A stretch of DNA of 64,000 bases from Selaginella moellendorffii (lineage: Eukaryota > Plantae > Lycopodiophyta), in the NCBI RefSeq assembly GCF_000143415.4, contig NW_003314272.1:2071728-2135727 (forward strand), given 5' to 3'. Of the stretch, positions 9,373-23,059 are shown in pieces (positions within the stretch are counted from its first letter, which is position 1; the number at the start of each line of letters is the position of its first letter). Under the pieces are notes generated by a model that was given only the letters and a program-made list of their open reading frames with translations, made no database searches and had not been told where the DNA came from. The position numbers and the translations under genes were made by a program.

Positions 9373-12300
9373 ATCCTTGGCTACTCATGGCAAGTCACAA
9401 CCCATTGCACCATTGACAGCGCACAAGGCAAGATGGAAATCAGTAATGGAACCCATAGCGCCACCTTTCTCAACAACCATGGCAGAGCTTTTTCTCAACA
9501 AGCCCAACAGGCTCAAACTAAGATGGCCTCCACACCACACTTTCCTCTTGAGCTCACAGAGGTTTTTCCTAAGTTGGCGGTGGAGTCGACCATATGCTTT
9601 CTCATGCAATGTGATTGACATTGTTGGAGGTGAGTTAGATAGCTTGAGACATCTCTCTGCCTCACTCTCTTTATTTGAGAGTAAGGCCGAGCCTCTAGCC
9701 ATGCCCTCTTTATTTGATGGTAGGGCTTATAGGGTATGGGCTCCCATACTTAGCTTTTTGGAGTGTTTCTCGATAGAGGAAGGGCTTCTTGATTTGTTTC
9801 TTGCATGGGACCAACTCCCTCTTATGGAGCTTGATGACACAGTCATTCCAGACCAGGTCCATATTTCACAAGACACAGCCGAACTCAATCCTCCTCAGCA
9901 ACTATCTGAGGTGTCACATAGCTAGCATCTTTCTACTAAAATCACGGTAGGTGACAACTCTGAGTGTATTTTGTTATGCCATTTTTTGGAAATGAAGGAT
10001 GACATTCAGATACACAACTGGTAGAAAGAATCAAGCCAATTAAATGTGTTGCATAAAAATTATAGCTCTTTGAGTTCAGAATTTCCTACCGTGGAGCTCC
10101 TAGTATAAATCCAAGTGTATTACATTGAAACTTTAGCACCAGACTTGGACTCGACTTTGGTGGAGGATCTTCCTTCACTTGCAGAGTACTTGGCTATAGT
10201 CCTTGCATCACATATTGAGCACTCAAAGCATCAGAAGCAAAGTGAACAACAGACAAAGACTCCGGATCCAACAACAATGTTCTTGCCTGACTTGCTAGAG
10301 ACGGTCTTGCCGGATGTGGTGTCCCCAGCATCTTTATTTGAAGAAGAAGACACTCCTATGATTACAGCTTATTTTAATGGTGCTTTTTGCCCCAAAAACC
10401 ACGTTGCTGGCATTGGAGTTTGGATGATTGATTCTGCGGAGAACGAGGTAGCCGACCTCTCTATCACTTTGCCGGAAACATCAGCTAATGAAGCAGAGTA
10501 CTTGGTGGCTATCAGTGCCATGAAGTTGGCCACAAATCTCAAGTTTAGGTGAGTCACTTTCATTAGAGATGTGGAACTCATCATACGCCAACTTACTAGA
10601 GAATACCAAGTTTGCAAAACGAACCTAAAAGAGCTATGGTAGTGGGTGGTCAACCTGAAGGATGAGTTCTCCCAGGTGACTTTTCAAAGTGTCCCTCTTG
10701 AAGAAAACTTTTGGGCGGACAGGTTATCACATCACGCAATCACCACAATACGAGAGGCAAAAGGCACTCCCTGCTCTTTGGTTTCCAAAGTCAGGGAGGA
10801 ATCTAAGATAGATAAGCCCCCTGAGCCCAATGTTTCTCCAAACTCCAGGGTTTATGCCATTTTCCTAGGTGATGATAAGGACTCGGTCTTTATCGCCCCA
10901 TCGCTTGCTTCAACACACGTAGCAAAGCTTTTGGACCTCCTTCACTGTTTGAAGGACGTGTTTGCTTGGGACTATAGCCAGATTCTAGGGGTTCCCATGG
11001 ACACAATCATGCACAATATTGTGCTTTCAGAGTCAGCTAAACCAGTCTATCAAAAGATGCGGTGTTTTAGCCCGGTAGCTCACTCAGAGATGAAGTTGGA
11101 GATTGAGCGACTTCTAGCAGCTGACTTTATTTACCATTTCGAGACCTCAAAATGGGTGGCCAATCTTGTCCTTGCACGCAAGGCAAATGGAAAACTTCAC
11201 CTCTGCATTGACTTTTGAGACTTGAACAAGGCAACTGCAAAAGATCACTTTCTGACTGATGTGATTGTGGATAAGATGGCTGGACACTATTACTACTCTT
11301 TCATAGATGGAGCTACTTTTCAGTGTTTTATGACCCACGCCTCTCACGACTTGATTAGAGGCACCTTGAGGGTGTATATGGATGATTTTGTAAGCTCTTG
11401 AGTTTGGACTTCCTAGAAGGTCACTCAACCCAATACTATTCAAACCCAAAGACGCTTAACCCCAAATATCCCAAGACCCTTAACCGATTGAAAAAGGGGG
11501 TGCACTTTTATTCATGGGCTCTTTCCCTTTATATTTGAACCCATGGATCGTCTCTCAAGTCGTTTTCTTTTGTTGTTTACAGATTTGTGCATGACCTCTA
11601 ATTCTTTTGAGGGCCACCTTATGCACTTGGAGCAGATCTTCACTCGTTGCCAATAACATAGGTTTTCATTGAACCCAGCAAAGTGTAAACTTGGGGTGAC
11701 TGAAAGCCAGTTGCTAGGCTTTGATGTCTCATAGGATGGGATCAAGCCCTAGATAGCCAAGGCTCAGGAGATTATATATCAAAACCCACCAACCAATGTG
11801 AAGCAGCTTTGCAGCTTCCTCGGGCAAATGGGTTTCTTTCACCGTTTCCTCCACAACTATGCTGCACGTTCATGGCCTCTAATAGCTCTGCTACAACACA
11901 ACATTCCATTCGTCTAGGGTGAGTCCCAGCAACAAGCCTTTGAATCACTAAAGCAGTCACTCCATATGGCCCCGGTACTCCAGCCACTAGAACAACAACT
12001 TCCTTTTGAAATTTATATCACGACGGGTATAGAGGTTTTTGGAGTATGCCTTTGCCAATGTTCACAGCCTGGCAAACCACCACATGCAACATACTATGCC
12101 TCACATTCGTTCAAGGAGACTGAGAAGAAGTACGTGGATGCAGAAAAAGAAGCAGTGGCTGTTCTTTATACCTTGGAGCGATTTCGTCACTTTCTCGCTA
12201 GAGCCTGTATCTATTTCCATATCTATTTTAATGTGTTGACCTTTCTTTTACAATGACCGGTTCACAATCCTCATACTTTATCTTGGATTGTGACCATCCA

Positions 12301-13635
12301 AGAGTTCCAGCCAACTTTTCACATGCGGTGGAAGCGTGTGATGGATCCGAGTGAGTTCCTGGTTGCTGAAGCTACTTCCTTTGTGGTCCCAGCAGCATTA
12401 TAAGATAGTGTAGTATACTTGGATTCAGGTCAGTTCCCAGTAGATTCCTCACCAATGCAACAAAAGGCATTGGAGATTTGAGCATAGGGGTTTTGACTTC
12501 TCGACGGACACCTTTACAGGAGGACTTTTCAGGAAGTTTTGTTGCGGTGTGTGGGTGAACACGAGGTCCTTGAACTCCTTTGTGCTTTCCACTCTTGTGC
12601 GGGACACTTCTTGGGTGAGTCATAGCACAGCTCCTCTTACGCCATGGTTACTTTTGGCCTTGGATTCACCAGGACAGCTTGACCTATGCAAAGGCATGTG
12701 AGCAGTGCCAACGGTTCAATCCCCAGAGCCATATTCCATGTCTTCCTTTCCAACTCATCACTTCTCTAGGTCCCTTTTTCTAGTGGGGACTTGATTTCGT
12801 TAGCCTGATCAACCCACTAAGCTCAAAAGGACAGCGATACATCGTGGCGACAGACTATTTCATGAAATGGGTTGAGGCCACCCCTCTGTGATGGGCAGAT
12901 CAACATTCTACAGCAAAGTTTGTCTACAAGTACATTATTTGCCGATTTGGAGTTCCTGTTGTTTTGATTTCCGATCGTGGCAGCAGCTTCCTTGGACAGG
13001 TGATGCAGCATCTTCTCCAATGGCCGCAGGTCAAGCATGTGAAGAGCAGCAGCTATTATCCTAAGTGCAACAGCCAGGTTGAGTCCAGCAACAAGATATT
13101 GAAGACAATCATCTCAAAGCTTATGGACGATCACCCAAGGCGTTGGCACGAGCACTTGGTTACGGCGTTGTGGGCCTTTCAGAAGTCCTTCAAGACATCC
13201 ATCTCCATGACCCCATTCTCCCTTGTCTATAGGACAGAGGCCATGCTTCCAGTGGAGATCCAAGTGCCATCACTCTCACTTTCACTTCATTGTGTAGGAG
13301 CGATGCAGCTTAGCGATGAGGACAAGCTTCATGCATGTGACTTGGAGGTTCTTGCCTTGGAAGAACAGTGACGATCCACAACTGAACATCTCCTTCGGGG
13401 CAAGTAGAAGATCAAGTCAGTCATTGATCACCAGCAGTCTGCTGAACCATTCGAGGATGGCGATCTTGTTCTGCTCAAGGAGTTCACGCCACCTTTGAAG
13501 TTCTCCCCTTGCTGGACTAGCCCCTACTTTGTCCAGTGACACATTAGAGGTGAAGCATATGTGCTAGTTGATGCTGATGGACGTGAGCTCCCACACACTC
13601 ACAACCACTCTCACCTCAAACGCTTCATCTGGTGA
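9373..13635 (+). mobile_element. Degenerate Ty3/gypsy Tat-type pol (end of protease - additional RNase H - RT - RNase H - integrase)
   Basis: aRH ITAYFNGA...SANEAEY at 10360-10552; RT VFAWDY..KWVANLV..LCIDF and VYMDD; RH YYAS..EKEA; INT ISDRGSSF..SYYPKCNSQVE. Many stops. Confidence 0.85.
11389..11581 (-). mobile_element. Cassandra-type TRIM solo LTR (193 bp) with 5S rRNA-derived segment
   Basis: TGTAA...TTACA ends, 5-bp TSD GATTT, 5S-like segment at 11406-11460 on the - strand; inverted homologue of 16085-16278. Confidence 0.85.
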
Positions 13636-14959
13636 GGTGTTCCTCTTCTCTTCTTTTTCTTTTTCTTCCCTTCTTTCACTTTACTTTCATGGCTCCTTTT
13701 CTTACTTTAAGAGGGTGTTTCTCCATTAGACCATAGTTCTTGCCTTGGATTTCATGCTCAAGCTACATTGCCATTTGTATGGAGGTTCCTCGCTTGGCTT
13801 GGTCTCTGTTGCAAGTTCTTTAGCCCTTCCCTTACCATTACTACATCCCACATATTCCCCACACCCATTCCATATCATCTACACTCTACCACAGACATAC
13901 ATACATGCACTAGTAGCAAAAGACACCACCTCATTTGGACGTGCCGTTTCCGAGATATCATTATGACCATTTGCCAACGACACACTAGCTTTTCTGGAGA
14001 GACTTTCTTCCCACCGGGTGAACCTGTTCAGTCAAGGCACCTACGTGGATCTTTAGGCAAGGCCACAGAAGCCGAAGCCACTTTCTCCTACTCCAGCACT
14101 CAATAGACACATACCACCTTTCTTTACCGGCAACCCAGCAACTACGCCATCCTTTTCAGCTGCCGTCTTCGTCAGTCTGACACATCAGACCATAGGCTTG
14201 ACACTTTTAGAGATGGCCACCTTCTCAGAGTGCCATCACCATCTTGGCACTCCACTATATCACTCCATCTTTCATCATTTCTACACTTACCACCCTTGGG
14301 CAATGGATCCTCTCTTCTACCTCTCTTTCTTTCTTGATTTTGGCCAATCCTTGGAGCATACCAGGAGTTATCAAGAGGCTACATTTGCATGTCACACTTT
14401 CCTGAGCCAAAATCCAAGTACAGGTTAAGTTCTTTGGGTACTCACTCTTTTTCCCCTAGTTTTCTCCTCATTTCACACTTTTTCTGCACCTTTCTTTAAC
14501 TTCAAGGTTCAATTTGACTACAAGGTTTCTCACAAGGTTTTCTTCCTTGTCTCCAAACTTCATACCTACCTCTTTTCTTTCTTTTTCCACTTTTTTTTCT
14601 AGAGTTTCTACTATTTCACGTAGTTAGCAGCACTTGGCATCAGTAGCAAAGATACCCTCTACACTCTTTGGAGGGTTCTCGCATGTCTGGAACCAGTGGG
14701 ATCCACCATGGTCACATGTTAGGGCGTGGCCATTGAGAGAGTGAGAGAGAGAGAGAGAGAATATTCCCCATCTTCCTTATATAAAACCCTTGCCCCACAA
14801 GGGCAAAGGGGGAGGGGGGGGGGGGGGCATTTGTGGAGAGCATTGAAGCATTTTTCATGTTTGAGCGAGCGTTTCGGGAGGTGTCCCTATTTCCCCCTAA
14901 CTTCTCCCATTTTGATGGATTTGTGTCCATAGTTTATTGTGGTGGACAGCTTTAGTGTG

Positions 14960-17110
14960 TCATTGAGAAATGCATTTCAGGTTGTTACAAGGTTTAGATG
15001 TTGCAAAGGTGAGGCAACACTTATGTGTCAAGCATGTTGCGATGCAAAAATGTATTTTTTCTTCCACATGATGGATGTTTAAGTAGAGCAGCAGTGGATG
15101 TTGGATACCACCAACACACAATAGAGGAAAGAATTTGCCATGATTCTTTTCACAATTTGAAGGCTACTGTTACTATAGAGACTAGGAAGAAAAGTGTTGC
15201 AACTCCAAAGTGTGTTTAATAGTTTGTACTAAAGGATTATGTGGTGGACACATTGCTACAAGATGATACGAAAAAAGAGTTCATGCCATTACAAGGTAGA
15301 GAGAAGAGTTGTGAGTTTCATTAGGCAAAAAGTGTCAATGAACATTGCCAATGCATCAAGTTTAACTTCCATCATGAGTTCAAGTAGCTTTGTTGGGAAT
15401 GGATGGATGCACCAACTAAAGAGGAACACAAAACAAATGTAAATGAGATGCACATATGGTGGCGTGAAGGAGACAAAATGCCAATTGAACACCTTCCAAA
15501 AATGGAATGCTAACTTGTATGGTGGGAAGTTCAAATATTTCAATGGGGCCATTATATTCTCCATATAAGTTTTCTCTCATTTTCTTTTCTTGTCACATTT
15601 AAATATTGCAATTTTCCTAGGATCAACCACTTGATAACATTGAACTTATACCAACAATTAATCTCTCTAAGAGAAAATATTGGAGTTGGAGAGCTTTTGA
15701 AGAAAAGAAAGGAAAAATATCCCTCTATGAAGTTACACTCTCCGACCTCACTAGATCTCTTGAGTAGTCATCAAAAACTTTGGCTACATAGGAAGCAAGG
15801 TTTGCTGATATAGGTCCAAATTTAGACAAGCTTTGAGAGTGGGTTGGTAGAAGGACAACACCAAGAGCAAGGTCAATGTCTAAAATGGTGGAGGAAGTTG
15901 TTATTGGAACTTCTATGGAATCAAGTTATGAATCATTTAAGAATATAAGGATAACCTGTATGAAGCGTTGACAGATATTTGATGGGCCCAACATCACTCC
16001 TTCTAGCTCTCATTGTCCAAAGTTTGACTACCATTCTGTTCCACGACACCGGAGAAGAACTAAGGAACATGGAGTGGAGGAAATTGTAAGCAACCAAAGG
16101 GAACGACTTGAGAGACGATCTATGGGGTTCAAATATGGAGGGAAAGGGCCCATGAACAAGAGTGCACCCCTTTTTTCAATCGGTTAAGGGTTTTGGGATA
16201 TTTGGGGTTAAGCATCCTTGGGTTAGAATAGTACTGGGTTGGGTGACTTCCCGGGAAGTCCAAATTTAAGAGCTTACAGAAATGTCAGTTGTTACACAAG
16301 TAAATCCAGTGCCAAAGGTTGAGAAAAGTATTGTTCGTGAGCCAGTTTCTCATATCAACTAGGCAATTCAAAGAGTCAGTGCCAATAGTAATGCACATTG
16401 CTCTGGAATGATTGGGAGTCAAGGTTAGTGTCTTGCATTTCTGCACTCAGGTTCAAGTTCTTTAGTAGTACCATATTTTTGGGGCTGTTGAGATCTAGGG
16501 GTAAAGGGCCACTAGTCAAGCTAGATTTATTGTTATGGGACTAATGTTACTCATACAAACTGGATCCATAGCTCAATTATCTCAAAGCTAGATTTTGTGC
16601 CAATTGAGTGGTCAATTGAGCAAAGCTACAATCTTTTGAAAGAAGAGATTAAAAGTTTAGAAAGAGTTGGTTTCAAGTTGAAGACTTCCTCAAATGTTGC
16701 TATTGATACTATTATGCCACCAATGTCAACACTAGACCAGCATACATGACCAACTAAAAATGGGAAGGCTATACAGTATAGGTCTTCCATTTCAAAAGGT
16801 GCACAAGAGAAGATCAAGCTGGCAAAGGTGTTGAAGTGCACAATCACAAGGATAAACTACATTAGTGTCGTGGCTAAGGAGTCTGTTGTTGTGACTAAAT
16901 TGTCAAAGGGTACAAGCTACACTATCAAAATTTATGAAAACCCATCTTGCACCTGTCCAGATTTTACACAGAGGGAGAACAGAAGAAAGGTATATTTAGC
17001 CTGCAGCACATTTATTACATTTTTATGTAGGAATTAAACTAAAATCCTAAGATCGACCATCACATCCACTAAACAAACTTTACATTTGCAGAGCTTGAGA
17101 AGTGTTTTTA
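14960..17110 (+). pseudogene. Highly degenerate MULE transposase of a diverged subfamily
   Basis: FFLPHDGCLSRAAVDVGYHQH...SVATPKCV matches copy A; SWIM finger YTIKIYENPSCTCPDF...C near 16920-17020. Confidence 0.75.
16085..16278 (+). mobile_element. Cassandra-type TRIM solo LTR (194 bp) with 5S rRNA-derived segment
   Basis: TGTAA...TTACA ends, TSD GAAAT. 16207-16261 GTTAAGCATCCTTGGGTTAGAATAGTACTGGGTTGGGTGACTTCCCGGGAAGTCC resembles the 5S A-box/IE/C-box region. Confidence 0.88.
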
Positions 17111-17279
17111 GATTGCTTTTAGTGTACGGATCTATATTTATATTTGTATTTTATTGGCCAAATTTATTTGGAAATATAGATTAAATCAAAATTTAAAAAA
17201 TGAAAAGATGTTGGTTCAGGACAAACCAATGTTTTCCTTGTGTTTGATAAGTCGTGAGCTTAGTTCATGAGCTCAAAAC

Positions 17280-17880
17280 CTACTTGGGCTCCAAAGCCTT
17301 ATATAGGGACACAGTGTTTTGAAATATTGTCCCAAAGTCCCGAATTGTGGAAAGAAAGAGGAGCAATCTTTTTACATAGGGACCAAGGGCATAGTCACGT
17401 AGTGAGGAAGTCCTAGAGGGCAATGGAACTTAGTGGTCAAGCCTTCAAACCCTAACTTAGTGGCAGTGTTAGTGAGCATTAATATGGACAAAGTGGGACT
17501 TGGTGGGGATTGATGGAGCAATATTAGGGCCGAGCATTTTAAGGGAGCTAAGGTGTGGTTAAGGGATGACCACTCATGGACAAATGGCTCAATCTTTGGG
17601 AGATGGGTCTGTGGTATGGGTTATCTTACACTACCAATGAGACAAAGGTGAATGAACATAACATTATTATAATAGATTGATATGTCAGTAGTACCTTTGG
17701 GTGTTTGTAATGGGATTGGACATATGAAACATTTGGACCAAATGTAAATGCTAAGTGGTATAAATGCCATTCACGAGGTTAGCATATCCCTAAGTTGGGA
17801 ATAAGACTTATAAGACTCTTCTAAATGGTTAAAGGTGTGGTTAAATGACTAAAGTAAAATGGAAAATTTAGTTACTTACA
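17280..17880 (+). mobile_element. Degenerate partial LTR related to the 21342/27170 LTR family (opposite orientation)
   Basis: Reverse-complement similarity to ~21342-21960; ends GGAAAATTTAGTTACTTACA. Confidence 0.7.
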
Positions 17881-20800
17881 AGTTTGTGGTGTTAAGTGTT
17901 ATAAATTTTTATCAATAAGGTGTCACATTTATGTTGTATTTTGTCAAATTGAGTTTGATACTTGATACTCATATAAATATTTAAAATAATAATATGGGCT
18001 AGCTCATGATGTTGCTCAATTGATAATCAAGTCATTGTGATTTTTATATATTATATCCATGTGATCGTGAGTAATGTGTTACTTTGTCAAACAATAATCA
18101 ACCCCAAGTGGTTAATGGTGATGCTAGTTTACTTGCATATAGTACCATTGTAGTAGTTTTGACTAGATTCTTGATGGTGATCTATTTTATGCTAAGCTTA
18201 AGTTGATACTTTGATTCCTTAATAATTTGCCCATTAAAGTTATGGAAAAGTTGTAACATTCATTTACTATTTTTTATTGGTGAATTTGCAAACACTTAAA
18301 GTAGATTGTTAGATGAAAAAGTGTGTAACTAAGGCATTAGCATTACTAGCACTTATGTTAATGGGAGTGGCATTATTATTTTGAGTGATAAAGAGTTTTC
18401 CTTAAATTTTGAATTTTATGTCATTTTTTTGTTAATGTTTTAGGTGATTGAAGAAAAGTGTTAGTGCAATATGGATATCTGAAGATATAATCTTTGTGAT
18501 TAAGTCTTAAATATTCATTTTGTATTTTGAAGATGTTGATGTTGAATGTCAAAACTATAAGTATGATGTTCAATCCATAGGCATATTGTTGGGTCATAAG
18601 AATTTATGTTAAAATGAGCATATATGAAGTTGTAGATAAAAGGAAGTTAGTTAAGTCTTGAAATTTATTTTCTGGATAGAGTGTTATTCTTTCTTTAGGA
18701 TAGAAAATTTTTTATAAATTTTTTTAGGCTTTTCAAATGGTTAATTTGTTGATCATTTTGCCTAAAAACCATTTTGTTATTGAAAGCCATTGTAAATTGG
18801 GGAAAGGGTTAGAGTTGACTTTAGTTAATTTAGATTTTAGTAGGTGGTTTGTTATAATATGGCCCGAAAGGGGATGTTAAATTTTGGCATAAAAAAGTGG
18901 TCATTGTATTTTTTTAGAAAGGTAATCTTTATACCTTTCTTTTATAGCATTATACATGGTCAGCCTTGTCTTTTAGAAGGTTGTGATACTATATAAGTCC
19001 ATTTTATAGTCTTCACTTTAGTTTTAGTTGAGTGTTAATCATGCTAGCTAGCCTCTTTGAACATGCTCAAAGCTATTGGGAAAATACATTAGTAAACTTA
19101 TTACAGTTGAGTTAGATTTGAATAATCATTTTATCTGTACTTATTCATTTTCTTTATATTATACCTAGAGTGTTACCTTTCCATTGGACAAGTATATGAG
19201 TCAATGTTACGAGAATTGTTTCACTCGATGATGATTTAATAGTGATAGGCATGCTTACCAGATGGTTTAGGGTTTAGTTTAATGTACATTAGTGAACATG
19301 ATCATAAGTGATATCTAAGATAGTTGATTATTTTTGTCAAGAGTTATGCTTAATTGTTGTTGATGTTAAATGATTTGGCATTTTCTATGATGATAGGTTA
19401 TTTTTTAATAATGATTATGCTTCTCTCTATTAATAGGATGATTAATGATCTTTCAAGATGGTTAATTGTTCTTTTTTATAGCTTTTAGTTTTTTTATATT
19501 ACCACATGTTCTTTATGGTTTGCTCAGGATTTGTTTCTTGGGTTTGAGAAATCAGTAGGATATTGATAATGCTTGCTTAAAAAAGTTAAGTTCCTTAGTA
19601 TGGTTGATTAAGATCTATTGAGATTAGCAAATGTGATGGTTCGCATAAAAAAATATTTGTTAGCCCTTGCGACATTCATTCTATTCTATCAGTTGTTGCT
19701 AAAGTTGGTTTTGTTAAATTAATATGTTATTTCTTTCTGGTATTACATTCATGAGTATTTTGTTTGCTAGTCAATGATACTTTGTGATTTTTGAGCTGTC
19801 TTTTATGAATTTTTTAACATGCTATCTATAATATTTAGTAATTTGATTTTATTATTGAGTTTTCTTGATGATATACTTGCTATTGAATTTTTTTTGATGG
19901 TTACTCCTATATCTTTAAACTATCATGATCTTGGTGTTCCTATTATACTAATTTATCTAATGATAACTTTGTTGGAATACTTTTGTGTTCTAATCTAAGA
20001 ATAATTCACTAATAAATTTGTCTTTATGATATCATTATCTTTGACTTTGATATTGTTCATATATTTGATCTTTGGGTTTGGCTAGTAAGTGAAATTTTTA
20101 ATCATGTGTCAATTGGTCACATCACCCTCCTCTTTCTAAATGTCTTTTATTTTGTTAAAAAAGCATGACCGTATAAACAACTCTAATTGTTTAGTTACAG
20201 TATATAATTAACCAAAGAAAATGACTTGAGAGACAATTCATAAATGTTCAAATATAAAGAAAGGTAATGTTCACACCTTGGCACATTTGGTGTCTCCACA
20301 CCATCGGCTCTACGAGCCTACCTCTATGACATTTCCCCTTCGTGTCTAGGTCTTTGCCAAAACCAACACCGTTGTTTCTCATGCCAACCATCCGTTAGCA
20401 CTGCCCCATAGAGGTCATACACAACTTTATGTCAAAGTTGTTTTCTTCTGGGAACACCTTTCCCATAACTTTAGCATGGCACATTTTGCCATCGATGAGA
20501 TACCCTCTGTTCTCATCCTTGGATCTTATGATCCCCCCCCATCCTTTGTGGGGTACAACACACCTCAGTCCAAATGCTTCCATCAGTCCTTTTAGGACCA
20601 TCCCTTGACTCTACTTGAGTCATCCAGCAGTTTTGGACTTTGGTCAATCCACAGACCCATAAGGTCCTACTTGTGAGGCACTAGCTCACTGGAATACACT
20701 TCTTGCATTCCTGTCCTACTCAAAAGGACTATTTTCACAAGTGTTACTCCGACACTTGATTTTCTTGGGGCAACTTTTGCCCCTTAGGACTACTTGTCCA

Positions 20801-21341
20801 TGCGATGAGAATACCACTCATCTCTAAGTACACCCCCCAACTCCTTGGGTTGTTCCAGCATTTATTAAAGGTAGCCCCGACTACCATTTCAAGGACTTGA
20901 GTCCTCTTCCGTATTTGACCTTCCACAGTCATTACCTTTGGTCTCACATTCATGAGCACCAACCTCAACTATATGAGGATAATCTTGTGACTCCTTTATT
21001 GTTTTGGAGTCTCTATCTTTCCTGTGATCCCAACTTTAGTTGTTTACCACAACAACCTTAGCCAATTTGCTAAGACAAATGCTCATCCAGATCACATCCT
21101 CAACTCAATGAGGAAAACGTTGCACTGTTCCCAAAATCCCAAAGTCGTTCCATTATTGGCCCTTTTCTATCCACCACCTCGTCTACAAGTTCACACATGA
21201 ACTGTAATGGAGAGCCATGTCTTCCCGACTTGCTACTCCTCAAGGATAGGCCCACTCCTTGGACCTTCCGATGCCAACACTAGTGGTGATATACTTAAGC
21301 ACCAATAAAAGTCGGACTAAGGAACAGTTCCGATACCAAAT

Positions 21342-23059
21342 TGTAAGAGACTAAATTTTCCATTCTACTTTAATCACTTAACCACACCTCTGCCCACTTG
21401 GAGGAGTCTCATTCACAACCTCCATAAATCCAATCCAGGACTTGGGACTTGCTAGCCCCGAGAATGGCATCCATGCCACTCAACATTTGCACTTGGTCCA
21501 AGTGCTCCACGTGTCCGATCCCATGACCGACACTCAAAGGTACCACCGACATAGCAGCCCGTTATGCTAAGGCCATGCCCAATCACCTTTGCCACACTGG
21601 TAGTCCAATACCACTTCTTGCATCACAGTCTTGGCTCTCCAAGACTAGGCAAACCATCCGTGAGTGGTCATCTCAGATCCACTCCTTAGCATCCTTAGGA
21701 TGCCCACCGACAAGGGGAATAGCCTTCCCCAATATCCCTCTGTCAGTCCCCACTAAGTCCCTTTCTGCCCCTGGTCGTGTTTGCCAACACTGCCACTGGA
21801 TCGAGACCCACAGGCCCGACCACTAAGTCCCATAGTCCTCTGGGACTTCCTCACCACACGACTGTATCCTTGGTCACTACCCCAGAGGACTGCTCCTCTT
21901 CCTTTCCACAATCTGGGCCTTTGGGACAACATTTCGGAACACCGTGGCCTTACGCGAGCCACCTGGGTACTCTCCTCGCCTTCTGCCCTTGGGTGCTCTA
22001 GCCATGGGCTTAGAGCGGGTTCCGTTGAGCCACACCAGGTATCCAAGTAGGTAGTGCCACCCACACTTGGACTGGGAGCATCGGCCAGTTGATCTCCCGG
22101 GGGAACTAGAGCTGGCTCTTGAACACTTCACCAAGCTACCCCGCTTGTCGGTCCGTGTTCACCCTAGTCTTGGACTTCCCAGTGGGCAGCTCATCACCCA
22201 ACACTGGGTCCGGCCTTCCTGGGCCAAACTGGCCTTTCCTGGCCAAACTGGCTCCACTGCAGTCCTCCCCCTACTATACTTTTGGAGCTCACCAAACCCC
22301 CCAGGGTCTGGGAGACGAACGCTTTGGGCTTTCACCCTCTCAGACTCGAACTTGGACTCGGACTCGGACTCGGACTCGGACTCGGACTCGGACTCGGACT
22401 CGGACTCGGACTCAGACTCGGACTCGGGCTCGGTCTCGGTCTCGGACTCGGGCTCGGGCTCGGTCTCGGCCTCGGCCTCGGTCTCGATCTCGGTCTCGGT
22501 CCTGGTCTCGGTCTCGACTTCGGACTCCATCTCGGACTCCATCTCGGACTCCATCTCGGGTCCATCTCGGACTCCATCTCGGACTCCATTTCGGGTCCAT
22601 CTCGGGTCCACCTCGGACTCCATCTCGGACTCCATTTCGGGTCCATCTCGGGTCCACCTCGGACTCCATCTCGGGTCCATCTCGGACTCCACTTCGGACT
22701 CCAACTCGGGTCCATCTCGGACTCCACTTTGGACTCCAACTCGTGTCCATCTCGGACTCCACTTCGGACTCCAACTCGAGTCCATCTCGGACTCCACTTC
22801 GGACTCCAACTCGAGTCCATCTCGGACACTTCCACGTGTCATGTGTTGGTCCTTTTGGGTCCCTTTTTTGAGCCTCGCTTTTTGCTCGCTTCGTGCTCGT
22901 TCCTCGAGCACTTCTTTGGGAGTTCCACTCCCGCTCTTGACTTTTCAAGTCGGAGCTTTTGGTCCAAACGTGTTACGCTCGTTTGGCTCTCGCTTCAGCC
23001 ACTACCACGTGGCACCCTTTCCGGCTCCACTTTGGGGCCTAGGGATTTTGTGTCTCACA
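21342..23059 (-). repeat. LTR (~1.7 kb), middle/shared copy
   Basis: TGTAAGAGAC...GTCTCACA inverted termini; flanked by PBS on one side and PPT on the other. Confidence 0.88.
22340..22826. repeat. (GGACTC)n hexamer microsatellite grading into 12-mer and 36-mer higher-order repeats inside the LTR
   Basis: Direct reading; the second array at ~28168-28684 has a different unit count. Confidence 0.92.

Noticed and set aside
14684-14960. 3' LTR of the Tat element
   Set aside because: TATA-like and GA/G tracts are present, but there is no partner LTR or clear boundary in the window.
16207-16261. 5S rRNA gene
   Set aside because: Only ~55 nt of the internal region, embedded in a TG...CA LTR with TSD.
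17900-20270. Possible ancient Ty1/copia remnant in a T-rich tract
   Set aside because: Only faint motif echoes (e.g. LYKSI near 18990); cannot be supported without a translated HMM search.
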